A DNA stretch of 64,000 nucleotides from Paramecium tetraurelia (Eukaryota), in the NCBI GenBank assembly GCA_000165425.1, contig CT868541.1, positions 226,096-290,095 on the forward strand, written 5' to 3'. Positions 1-12,684 of this stretch are shown here, one piece after another. A program made the position numbers and the translations under genes. Below the pieces are notes generated by a model that was not told where the DNA came from, made no database searches, and saw nothing but the letters and a program-made list of their open reading frames with translations. Within the stretch, counting starts at the first letter, position 1; the number at the start of each line of letters is the position of its first letter.

Positions 1-1637
1 CTAAAATTCAAAGAATTTGCTATTCCATATTAATGATTTGTTTTTCATTGTATTCATCAGCAGTAATATAAGCGTATGCATTACAATTCTCTTACTTAAG
101 TATTCCTTAGACCTTTCATTATAAACACTTTAGAATTAATGAAACATAATACTCAGCTAACTTTAAGGATGTAACTCCAATCAATTATAAGTTTATTCTC
201 CTTATCTTCATTGATGACAAAGCCAAATCAATATAAATGATCGACAGAAGCAACTTTTCATCCATTAAATTAAAATGAATGCATATATCAATTAATCAAT
301 CTATTAAGGTACTCCGCATAGTTTGATTGATTTCAGTTTGAAATTTCAGATATTCTTTGAATTTAGGTTCTGTGTAATAAATCTATGCATTCTAACTAAC
401 AGCGTTTAAAAAAGGATGTTGTATAATTTCTATTATATCCAATCTATCTTCAGGCTTAATACATAACAGTTTTTACAATAAATCTACTCCTTCCTTACCT
501 AATATTGTATTAAGAATGAGTAATTTTTCGTAGATCTATTTTCTATTTTAAATAATGTCTACTATTTCATTTTTTTTCAATTCATTTATATATAGATTAT
601 ATTTGGAATTTAATTTTGACATCGCTTGAGATTGAATTCCAGTCTCTTTCATCAGGTGATCCAAAAAATTAGAATACCTCAAATAGATATTCAATCTCAG
701 TTTTGCCACTAAATAACGGACTCCTCAAAGCCATTTCAGCTAAAATGCATCACAATGACCAACTGTCTATTTCACAACTGTAATACTATTTTCTTAATAA
801 CATTTCCATAATCTTTTCACTTCTCTATTAGATCTTTCTCTTTTATTCTTTCTCTTTCTTTGGGATCTTTTGGTGTATAGGGAATGATAGGAAAGGTTTC
901 CATTTTAGACATTCCAAAATCTGAAATTTTTACTAAATTTTTATTAATAAATATATTATCCGGTTTCAAATTCTGATGTAATATATGATTTTAATGTAAA
1001 TATTCTACACCTCTACATATTTGTAAAAATAGTGACTTTATCTATTCTATTGATAAATTTGTCCTCTTAAACTATTCTCTTAAATTCAAAGTGTAATATT
1101 CATATAAAATTGACACTATATGATTTTTTATTTTAACTTATACAATAGACACAATGTTCTCATGACACTTTAAGGACCTTACATAAGAAATTTCTCTTAA
1201 AACTGATGTTTATACTCCGTCATCATGATTTGCTTTTGCCTTGATTGTGTCCAGTTCTCTGAGTAAAAAGCATTAACCAGTCAACCTATTACAGACTTGA
1301 TATAATTTTCCCTTTGATCTTCTTTCTTGTAGAAATTTCAACTTCTAATATAAATCATGAAATAACAGAGTGTTGAATCTATTATAATACTAATATAATA
1401 AGATTGAATAATACATTCTAGAATTGTTGATTAATTAATTACAAATATTAATGGTTGAGAGTTCTTATGAGGTTATTGATCTCTTTAGGGGTTAAAAAAA
1501 GGAATAATTTATAAAGCAAATCTTTAGGTAAAAGAAGCCTGTGTTTAACTTAATATTCTGCCTTTTTATTAGAAGAAGTTTATATTAAAATGTTCTCTTT
1601 TCCTTTATGATTTTCGAATTCTTTTTTTTAACTGCAT
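1..1637 (-). pseudogene. CDK-like (pseudo)kinase fused in frame to a C-terminal cyclin box; disrupted; runs off the window start
   Basis: Code-6 translation gives GVQTSVLREISY (PSTAIRE-like), ILHQNLKPDNIF, VKISDFGMS, IDSWSL*CILAEMAL, PLFSGKTEIE and HPFL, continuing in frame into a cyclin box MRSTLID*LID...LQLIGVTSLKLA. In-frame TGA at 750-752 and 296-298; the YRAP part of the APE motif is missing. 5' end approximate. Confidence 0.8.
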
Positions 1638-1803
1638 TATTATTAATACTTTATGATATAATTAAAGAATATAACTGTTGATATAAGGAGTAATTTATTT
1701 ATGCAGATCTATTAAATTTCAATTTTAATTGAATTGCCAATTTGTAACTAAGATATTCTAATAAAAATAGATTGTGAAATATAATTAAATTGAATATAAT
1801 AAA

Positions 1804-3018
1804 TCAAGTATTTTATGATATAATTCATGTATTATCAAGGTTTTAATCAATTTTATAAATAATTCAGGAGCATAGTTGCAAGGGTGCTTTATTTATCTTA
1901 TCTAAAGTCTAAAGCATGGTTCCTTTTGCAGAGTACAAGAAGATCTTGACTTGTAATTTAATTGTTATCCTTTTAAACTTAAATACATAGCAGTCTAGTC
2001 ACAAATAATTACCAATGATACAAGATCTACTTCATACATTATGGATACTATTGAATATATTCCAATTATTAAAATTATAATATCTATTTGCATATGTCTA
2101 TTAGTTTATATTTAATAATTACCTTAGATATCAGTTTTTAGGATTTTTAAAATGTTTTAATTTGATTCTAAGATTTGAATCATTAATTCTATAATTGATG
2201 CTTCTTCTCCAGGTTAGAGTAATCTTGAACTTCCAATCCCAAAAATTTAATTTATATCTCTTAAATAAGGAAAATAATTACTTTTTTATAATATTATTAT
2301 TTAATTTTGTTGATGGATACCAAAAGGTTTTATCTTCCATTAATTGCTTCTTTAAAATTGGACTCATTTTGTTAACCCATTCTTGTGTTTATTAATTTTT
2401 TTTTTCAATTAGATGAGTCTCTTCGAGTACTATTCTTCTAACTAATTCTCTTTATTAAGTAATATTTAATTCAAATGGCAATGTTTAGTAAATACTTAAT
2501 AAAGATTCCTTTAAAATCTGAATTCCAGTTTTATATTATAAGACATCTAAAAAAGAATCGTTATTATTATCGAATTATTCGGGCTCTGTAAATACTCTGC
2601 ATTTGGGAGTTGAATATTTATTGGTTAATGATTTAGATATTCCTTAAATGATATTCTTTTCAATTTATTCCTAAGATGTATCTATCTGATGATTGATTTT
2701 TAACTTGCTTGGAGTAATTGAACTATTTCTCTTTTTTTTTGTGATTTCATTAACAGATATAACGTAAAAATTCTTTTTCGGTTGAGACTTATTTCTATGA
2801 ATAACTTCTGGGGCATCTTTATTTTTTAAAGGTGAAACCCAAAAACTCTCAGATTTTTAAGTTTGTTATTTTACTCCCTTAAGAGCTGATTTGGGTCTCT
2901 TATAAAATTTACTCTAAAGAATTGATCTTACTCTATTAGGAATTACGTATTCTCCTTCCTACGGTTTATAAACTTCGACTCCTTAACTTTATAGTCTGCT
3001 TATATAACTAAGACGCAT
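1804..3018 (-). CDS. Hypothetical basic, Ser/Lys-rich protein
   Basis: ATG at 3018 opens MRLSYISRLQSQGVEVYKPQEGEYVIPNRVRS in a long code-6 frame; no recognisable domain; 3' end approximate. Confidence 0.55.
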
Positions 3019-3375
3019 TAAATAAATGTTTTATAAATAGTTAAGTACAAAATCAGATATAATTATCATTAGGATTATTATATTGAAGTCATTGATTGGT
3101 TAATTAATACTTGTGCATTCCCATTCTAGGGAATAAACAAATAACTAATTAAAAACAATTCATTATTAAACTGAATAACAACATTGGTAGTATCCAATTT
3201 ATAAATAATTGGGTGTTGATAGAATGTTGAAATTTTAAGTCAATTTCCCCAATCTTCATAACCTTAGATTTGTATGACCTTAATATTAACTAAATCAAAT
3301 GCTTAAGATAATATAATTATTCTGATATTCTACATATATTTATAACATTTGGAGAGCAATAAACTTTAATAATAC

Positions 3376-5126
3376 TCATTTTAATTCGACAATATCTTCA
3401 TATTTAGTGTCTGAATGTCTTTGTTAATCCTTATGCCAAACTGCCATATCATCTTCATCATCATCCTAAGATCCTTAATCAAATAGTTATTATGCCTTCT
3501 TATACTACTACTCAACATTTTATTATTTAGCTTATTATTAATCCTATTCTATTTCTTTTTCTACAATTTTTGGATCTCTCCAATGCTAAGGCATAGACCA
3601 AACCTTGATAACTTTGTCTTTAGCAGCTGTCAACAGAGTTTAATCAGCATCTAACCATTACAATTTCGTAATATCTGAATCATGAGCCTTAAGTACATCT
3701 AAGTAATCATCAAAAAATATTACATAATTATTGTGACTTTCGAGCATCCCAAATCGTAACAGTGCCATCTATATTGCCAACATAGATTTCACCTCTTTTT
3801 GCTGACCATCCAATTTCTCTGCTTTTTGACTTTCCATTTAATTAGGCCACTTCCTTAGAATATTACTCTCTTCCAGGTAATTATATGTCTATTATTAAAA
3901 TAACTCCATTTTCATGACTAATTGAAAATAAATAATTCCTTTAATTATCTATGAAAAATCCCCTAATAAACAATTAGTTGGTTGGGATTTTAATAACCAA
4001 TTTTGGTCGTTTCTAAATTATTAATGAAATAATATACTTTCGTAATATCATAAATAAATATTTCTCCATGTCTATCTCCTACAAATGTTTTCTTTCTTTC
4101 TTCGCTTCCTAAAAGACATGTCAATTCATATTAATCAGGTTCGATATCTAAATTATTATTAACATTGAAAATAACCTGCTACTAGTTCCCCTTTTCTAAG
4201 ATTTAATACTCTATATTTTCTATCTTTGGATATGGAATGCAAATATTTTCTCTTACTATCATAATACAATCCCATGACTCTATCTGTATGTTACTCAATT
4301 TCCAAACTCTCTGTAAATTTCTTAAATCCTTCTTTTTCTGGTACATACAAATAGTTGATTGATCCACTATCTAATCCAACAAGCAATACAGAAGCAGCTG
4401 CATCCCAATAACATGTTATGGCTTAAGAATTGTACATCTTAACCCATAATCTTGAAAATTCTCCACTCTCTTATTGTAACCAACATTCAACACATCCTAC
4501 AGGTATTAATGCTTGATCTCCCTTTTCAGATTCCCAAGGAGCTTTCATGTTTGTTAGATATGCATCCAATCTGTTAATCACTGAGCAATCTGATGTAATA
4601 ACAAACATCAATCCTTGTTCTGAACTTATAGTAAAATCTCTGATTCCATGCAAAAATCCTTTGAACTCGAATATTTGTTTTGGAGGATTCACTATGATTT
4701 CTTTTGCATTCTTTTCGATTTCCAAGAATTGTTTTAGTGGTTCTGATGCAACTACTTCAGGTCTGCTGGCTAAATTCTCATTATTTCAATAGTATTCTTA
4801 CTTGAATGAATTCATCTAAACCAGCCTTTCTTTTTTCAATGTCTTCAGGTGTTTTACCAACTAAAAATGTTACATATTTCTTTTTGGGAAGTGATGGCAA
4901 TTGCTCTCCAAAGAGAACCTTTAATTTTTTGGCTAAGTCTTCAAATTGAGAAAATCTAATTTAGATTTCGCAAATACCTTTTTTCTAATTACCATACGTC
5001 ACTTGTTTTATTTTTGACTTATATCATATAATAGATAGCATCATCATTTGGATCATTTCTAAATGAAATTACACTTGCCTAATTATTATTAGAGAAATAT
5101 ACAGATATTGGAGATTTCGAGTCCAT
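3376..5126 (-). CDS. PX domain plus WD40-repeat protein
   Basis: N-terminal PX motif (YYMIQV...KRFSQFEDL...LPSLPKKKY...IEKRKAGLDEFIQ) followed by WD40 repeats (AHDSDITKLQW...LLTAAKDKVIKVW); several ~22-27 nt GT-AG introns; TGA at 3376-3378. Confidence 0.85.
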
Positions 5127-5216
5127 AAAATATAATAATAATAATTGCAATTAACACAATAAATTTTATTGAAAATTTGACACAGTTGTGAATTTGTAGG
5201 AAATAAACATATATAC

Positions 5217-7268
5217 TCAAAATAACTTAATTTTTTATGTGTTCTTCCTTTTTATTTTCAAATTTTATTCGAAAACTATGAGTTTGTCATTAGGACTATG
5301 AAATTATCCTCTTTATTCTGATTTAAGTTTGAACTCTTAAGGTGTTCTTGTTGTGCTTTATCTTAATAACCTACAAGATTGGACACTTTCATACGGGTCC
5401 CCACTGTTTGAATGCATGTGAAAATGATCCGTGTTATGAGATGAAAGATTTCTGTTGATTTTATAAAAGTTAATAATGTTTGGGGATAAAGATTATTATA
5501 TTTAGAGAGTTTGATTTATATCCTTTTAAGATTTACTATCCCTTGTCAAATTATGAAATCTTAGATTCTTATTACTTTAACCAACTAAAAAGGGATTCGT
5601 TGCTGTTTTCTTTAATGTTCTTTTTTTCAAAGCACTTGTTTTAGGGATATCCCCAAGCAATTTAGTAGACTTCTTAGTTAGTATTGTTTATAATTGGATA
5701 TTTTCATCAGGAACAATTCCAATTTCAGGTTCTGAGTCACTATCATCCGAGACTTAATTGTCATCGATTTATTAATAGTACTTTTTATTCAATTCAAGAT
5801 CTTAATATATCCTTGTTTTTTATTCTAATTACATATGATAGATTTTTAATGATTAATGCAAATCCATACCGATTTATACTAAATCATTTTGAGAATATTA
5901 GATAAATTTATTATCGTATTTATAACCGAAAAATGATGTTTCAAGAGTGACAATGTTATGAAAACTGTTAGGTTTATGCTTTTACACTTAATTAAACACA
6001 AAGGCTCTTGCTGTTTTTAATTTATAGGATTTGAGATTAAATGTACATGAATTAAAATCGAAATATTTAGAATTCTCTGCCATAATCCTGGGAAGAACTC
6101 TGCACTCAATAGGATCTTCAGAGTTCCTACAAGCATACATAAAAGTTCCAAGTTTTCTAGAATGACCATGCAAATCAATAAATGTTTTGATGTCCCTCCC
6201 TTCACTCAATATTTTGTCAATAAGACTTCTGATCTAAATTATTTATTGATGGTATTTTAATCTAGGATTTTGCCAGACTCTATTCAAATCCTTCCCACTT
6301 AAATCGCATCTAAAATTACCCTATTTGACTCCATCTGGATTGACCATAGGAATAACAATGATGTTATAAAACAATTGGAGTGTTTTGTCATTTGAAAGTG
6401 CTTCAAGAAAACCTTAGCAAACATGAGAGGATACGGTTTCTCCAGGATGTTAACGTGCAATCACTAAAATAACATCACTTCTCTTGGATCCGAATTGAAC
6501 CATTCTTATAGGCAATCCTGTAATAGTATTGGCTAGGATTTCTGATGAAAACTTAATTAAGTATTTATCTAGATCAAGATGAGTATAGGGGATTCCAAGG
6601 GCTATCTCATAGGACTTCGAGGATTTATTTATCCAGAAGGAGAGAGTGTATAATTTAGTCGAGGTGGTTTTGCAGTAATTGGATTTGACATATTAGGATT
6701 ATTTGATTAATACTTGAGACTTGAGTATTTCCCAATGAGAATCGTACTTGATGTACACTCCGAAACCATTTTGGTACTGCAAATAATTTTTGCTCTGTTG
6801 TTTAATATTATAAGTTACCATATTAATGATGTTTATTCTGCATTTGTACTCGTTGGGATTGGTTACTCGAAAGTAAAACCATTGAGAATAGCTGGTAGCG
6901 TTGATGTCTTCTTGGAGAAGTAAATCATATTCGAATTTATCCACTTGATAGACTGCTGCGAGATTTCCAGATGTGAAATTGGAATCAAATAGTGGTAACT
7001 GTTGGGGTTATGTGATGGTAGGGGTTTGTATATCTTTGAGATTTAATTATTTAAAATGTTGATTACTCACTTTTGATCCATATTATTTCTTATAAATGCA
7101 CTTATATGATTTTTCGATATCTTTTATGTCATTTGTCAGTCCTCGATTGTCTGCTTAGTATACGATGGGATTGGGAGTGGGAAGAGATGTGATTATGAAT
7201 GTAGGTTACTTATCTTATTAGGTTATTAAGGTTTCAATAAAAGCAGATTCGAATCCCTCATCATCCAT
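5217..7268 (-). CDS. Cytosolic carboxypeptidase (M14D, CCP/AGBL/Nna1 tubulin deglutamylase family)
   Basis: FDSNFTSGNL, QWFYFRV, ARQHPGETVSS (first Zn motif), PMVNPDGV..GNFRC, DLNRVW, FIDLHGHS and TLETSFFG motifs. Confidence 0.9.
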
Positions 7269-7332
7269 TTTACCCGTTTTTGAGAATTAAATAAATTGAG
7301 AATCGTCTGGCAAACACAATAAATATTAATAA

Positions 7333-8419
7333 ATGAAAGCCACACTTGCAATTCTCTTGTTGATAAGCATTGCATCTGCAACATCCACTCATGATTAAAT
7401 CATGGCTCTACTCCAAACTGGTACAAAAGCCATGGATGCCATTGACACTGTCTTTGGTTTATTGAATGATCTAATCCAATCCAACAAAGATGCCTAATTT
7501 GCTGCCGACTAAAAGAATGAAACAGACGAATGGGTTGGAGCATAGTAATTATCTTCCTTAATCATAGAACAATCGAGTAATTCACTAAGATCAAGACACT
7601 CAACTAAAAGCTTTTCTAATAATCAGTTGAAAATAGAGTCCTTTTCGAATAAGAACTCCAAGACACCAAGAATTATCTTGCTTGGAATGAATAAAGATAA
7701 GATGAAATCACCAGAAAAATCAATGTCCTCCTTGATGAACAATGTCTTAGTAATCAACTCTTCGTCAGATCAATCAAACAAAACAGAGAAGCTCTTGAAG
7801 TTGTCAGAGTTCTCAAATAAGATGTTGCTGGTTACATCATTAACGGAGATTCATTTGAATTAGTCCAAGAAAAAAGCACCAGTGTTGCTCAAAAACTCAA
7901 GGCTTACAGCAATCTATTCAACGACGAAGAAATCAAAACCTTCTTGAGTTTGGCTTAAACCAAATAAGAAGATGGAGTTAGCAGAGGTGCCACACTTGCT
8001 GAAAAAGTCCTTGCAGTCCTTGAATCACTTGAAGCCAACCTCCAAGCTTCCCTTGAAGCTCTTGAAGTCAATGAAATCAATGCCTCATGGGAATTGGCCG
8101 GCTGGGTTTCATTGAGTGAAGCTGAAATCGCTACCCTCAAAGTTGAATACGAAAGAAAATAAGTCTTTGCTGATAGATTAGCTACTGTATTATTCATTTT
8201 CATCATCCGTAGTAAATCTAAGCAGCCTTAGCCTAATAAGCCAAATCCAAGATCATCTTATAAGAGTCCCAAGATGCCCTTGACTAAGCTTAATCTGATT
8301 TGGAATCCAAAAGAGCTGACTATGCTCAAGCTAAAGCTAAGAGAGATGAAGAAAATGCCATCTTAGAATAAGTTATCATCATGTTCAAGAAATAAGTTGC
8401 CTCATGGTCTGGAAGATGA
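7333..8419 (+). CDS. Trichocyst matrix protein precursor (TMP family)
   Basis: Signal peptide MKATLAILLLISIASA, LQTG motif, acidic coiled-coil heptads with a single C..(N)QLFVRSIKQNREALEVV segment, high-expression codon bias; two short introns (~7545-7567, ~8187-8212). Family assigned from recalled TMP/GRL architecture. Confidence 0.8.
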
Positions 8420-8585
8420 TTAATATAACTAATCAAGTTATTCAAAACATTTATTCAGTTTTTTATTGACTTCTTTTTTTGACTTCCATCACTCAAGTAT
8501 AGTTAACTATAGATTATAAAATAGCAATTATTATAAAATAAATATTAGAAGTTAAATATTTACATATAACAATTTAACCTTTTAG

Positions 8586-9699
<1,114 letters not shown>

Positions 9700-9724
9700 T
9701 TATTTAATAATAATTTTTATAAGC

Positions 9725-10259
9725 ATGATCAATTTCATACTAATGGTTAACAAACAAGGACAAACAAGACTAGCATAATATTTTCAATTTCTCAGTGTCA
9801 AAGAAAGAATGACACTCGAAGGAGAATTGATTCGTAAGTGTCTCTCCAGAAATGAAACACAATGTAGTTTTCTTGAACATAGAGGATACAAGGTAATTTA
9901 TCAATCTCATAATATAGATTATATACAGAAGATATGCATCACTTTATTTTATTATTGGAATGGATTTAGAAGAAGAAGTAATTCTATATCATAATTATGA
10001 AGAATGAAATGGCCTATTTAGAATTTATTCATAACTTAGTTGAAACACTTGACAAGTACTTTGAAAATGTTTGCGAATTAGATGTACTCCTATCATTTAT
10101 TCTAGATAATGTTTAATATTGAAAAAGCTCATTACATCTTAGAAGAAATGGTCATGAATGGCTAAATTGTGGAAACTAATAAGACCTAAATTTTAGGTAT
10201 TCGATTCTTATATAATCTAAGCCCCAATCCATGTTTTAGACAAGGCTAAAGATGAATGA
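9725..10259 (+). CDS. AP4S1: Adaptor complex AP-4 sigma subunit
   Basis: MINFILMVNKQGQTRLAQY...IIYRRYASLYF...[35 protein letters not shown] after removing four short introns; the VNKQGQTRL signature is sigma-4-like. Confidence 0.9.
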
Positions 10260-11167
10260 CGATTTTTTTTGTTTATCATAATTGATTTTATCAGAACTTA
10301 TATAACTTAAATTAAGGAAATTGAAATTCAAAATTAATCATTATCAAAATCTCCAATTGCTCTAATCAAAGTAATCTAAATAGCATGACTCTTTTCAAAG
10401 GTTATTGATTGCCAATAATTAAAGTTGTATACCTTTGATATGTTAACATCTTTAATTTTCTTATTTCTCCATCTATATAAAGGAAATTATATTTATCATT
10501 AGTATCTTAATTATTTCCCATCAGATTTAGTTCGTTTATTGATAATCTAATCCATTTAGGAAAGAAGTCTTGCTTTGAATATTTCAGATTATTCTAACAT
10601 TTTGACAATTATATTTTTATCTAAGTAAGTCTTACATTGTTTACAATTAATAATAACTATTCATTCATTAATGAAGGTTGTGAAATCTATTAAAATTAAA
10701 CAAGATAAAATTAAAAGAAGGTTCTTCTTTAAATAATATATATAAAAATGAAAAAATAATCTTTGCAGTCAAAATGATGAAAAATAATCGACTTCCAATC
10801 ATCTCAATTAATTATAAACAGTAATCAATATTGGAATTTAATCATTTTAATTAAGATATCATTTTGAATTATGAATGTTATAAAAATAATTATTTCAATG
10901 CTTTAAAAAATAATTCCAAAATATCAATAAGAATATACAAAACAGATTATTAAATAATAACCTATTTTCTTAGCTTTGACAACTAAAATCAAGATAACCA
11001 ATAACAATGCGTAATTCACTATAAATTCTCTTTAAATACAAGTTGTAAAAATGTCTTTTATAATAGAAATATAAATGAAGACAATCTGTCTTCAAATGCT
11101 TAAGTACTTTTTAATAAAGTAGTTGGAGTAATTTATATAATCTATACTAATATTTTAATGATTAATT

Positions 11168-11671
11168 TCATTGTTGATCTTCATCATCTTATTCAAATTG
11201 TATATTCAATTTCCTTGATTTGCCATGTTCTTCATCATCTATCATACTCTTACTATTCTCCAATTTTGCTTTTTCGTATAATTATTTCTATTATTCTTCT
11301 AACTATTTCAAGTGCTCCTCATCTTAAAACCTTGCTCTATTTTGATTTTTCACCTTAAAATAAAATTCATATATACATTCACTTCTTCTTTAATTTCTTC
11401 TTCGATTTCTTTAAGATGGGGTATTTAACTGTCTAATTTCAATTTTGAAATAGCCTTATAGAAAAATTCCCCTGATATTGTCTTCTTTCCTTGCTCTAAG
11501 CAAATTGTATTTGCTTGATCAGAAACTAATTAGATATATTCCCTAGCCATTGACATCACTTAAGTCACAAATTCATTAGAGCATTTCATATCTCCATTTG
11601 TGGAACTCTTTATAAACTGTTAAACAGTAGCTACGATTACATTTTAATTTACCTTTTGGAAGTTGTTCCAT
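11168..11671 (-). CDS. Histone-fold NC2-beta/Dr1-like transcription cofactor
   Basis: LPKATVQQFIK...EYIQLVSDQANTICLEQGKKTISGE matches the Dr1/NF-YB histone fold; acidic tail; two short introns. Confidence 0.8.
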
Positions 11672-12431
11672 TTCTATTTTTTTACATTTTTATTAATCAA
11701 TTTTTTTTTTTTTGAATTTAGGATAGTTGCAGTACTTATTTTATATTTAATGATTGGTCATTAATAATCGATTAGAATAAATATAAACCAAAAAGTTATT
11801 ATTAATAAAGTATAGAAGACTATTTCTATAACTAATATTTTCCTAAAATATCTTGTTCTGAAATTCTTGATTTATTTAATATTATATCTATAATAAATCG
11901 TATAATTATTTTCACATCATTTGGATAATATCAACTATTTAACCCTCCTTATATCTATTTATTTATTATCACAAAATAATCAATTTACTTTATAATTCAT
12001 AAAACCAGTTTAGAGTATATTAACAGTTGACTTATTATTAATAATTCAATTTACTAGATTTGAATAGCATTAATAGAACTTTAGGTATTTTCTTAATTAA
12101 TTAAATCTATTGTTACAATGTGTAAATAAAATGTAAAATATTTGAATTATTCATTAAATTCTCTTAAATTATTGCAGATTGCATTTTATAATTGAATGAA
12201 TAAATTATTAATTAAAGTAAAATAATTATTAATAATAGAATATCTTCTAAATTATAAGTAGATTTAAATAATTTTGATTTTACATAAAACAGCAACTCTA
12301 AGGTTTCTATTAACTTTTAAATAATTTTTATACCTAAATGTAATTATTATAAATATTGTTTGTCTCAATTTCTATATTATAATTAGTTATTTCTATGGAT
12401 TAGATATAATATAAATTGATAAAAATCAAAA

Positions 12432-12534
12432 AAAAATGAGCTACCATCTCGCTTAATGCGTGTCATCCTTACGCAGGGGCCATGCTAATCTTCTCTGTTA
12501 CGTTCCAATTTGACGGATGACCCCGAAGGGTTCC
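12432..12534 (-). ncRNA. U6: U6 spliceosomal snRNA
   Basis: Reverse complement GGAACCCTTCGGGGTCATCCGTCAAATTGGAACGTAACAGAGAAGATTAGCATGGCCCCTGCGTAAGGATGACACGC...TTTT shows the 5' hairpin, ACAGAGA box, AGC triad, internal stem-loop and an oligo-T Pol III terminator. Confidence 0.97.
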
Positions 12535-12555
12535 AATTGATATGAAATTGATTTG

Positions 12556-12596
12556 TTTATAAATTGGACTAAAATAGGAATTATTTTTATGGGTTT
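12556..12596 (-). promoter_or_regulatory. U6 external Pol III promoter: TATA box and upstream sequence element
   Basis: On the minus strand, TATAAA at 12556-12561 (~-25) and AAACCCATAAAAA at 12584-12596 (~-50 to -62). The latter resembles the ciliate snRNA/telomerase-RNA upstream element as I recall it. Confidence 0.7.
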
Positions 12597-12684
12597 AATT
12601 AGGCATATAATAATTTGAATTTGTATATATTAATTAAACTTCTATAATAACAAAATTATCTGAATGTTAAATATTGATTAAGGA

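Noticed and set aside
296..752. TGA read-through or selenocysteine recoding in the CDK-cyclin gene
   Set aside because: The TGAs replace Gly and Trp, not Cys, and co-occur with indels; decay is the simpler explanation.
7627..8206. ORF-track entries overlapping the trichocyst matrix gene
   Set aside because: Off-frame or antisense shadows of a codon-biased gene.
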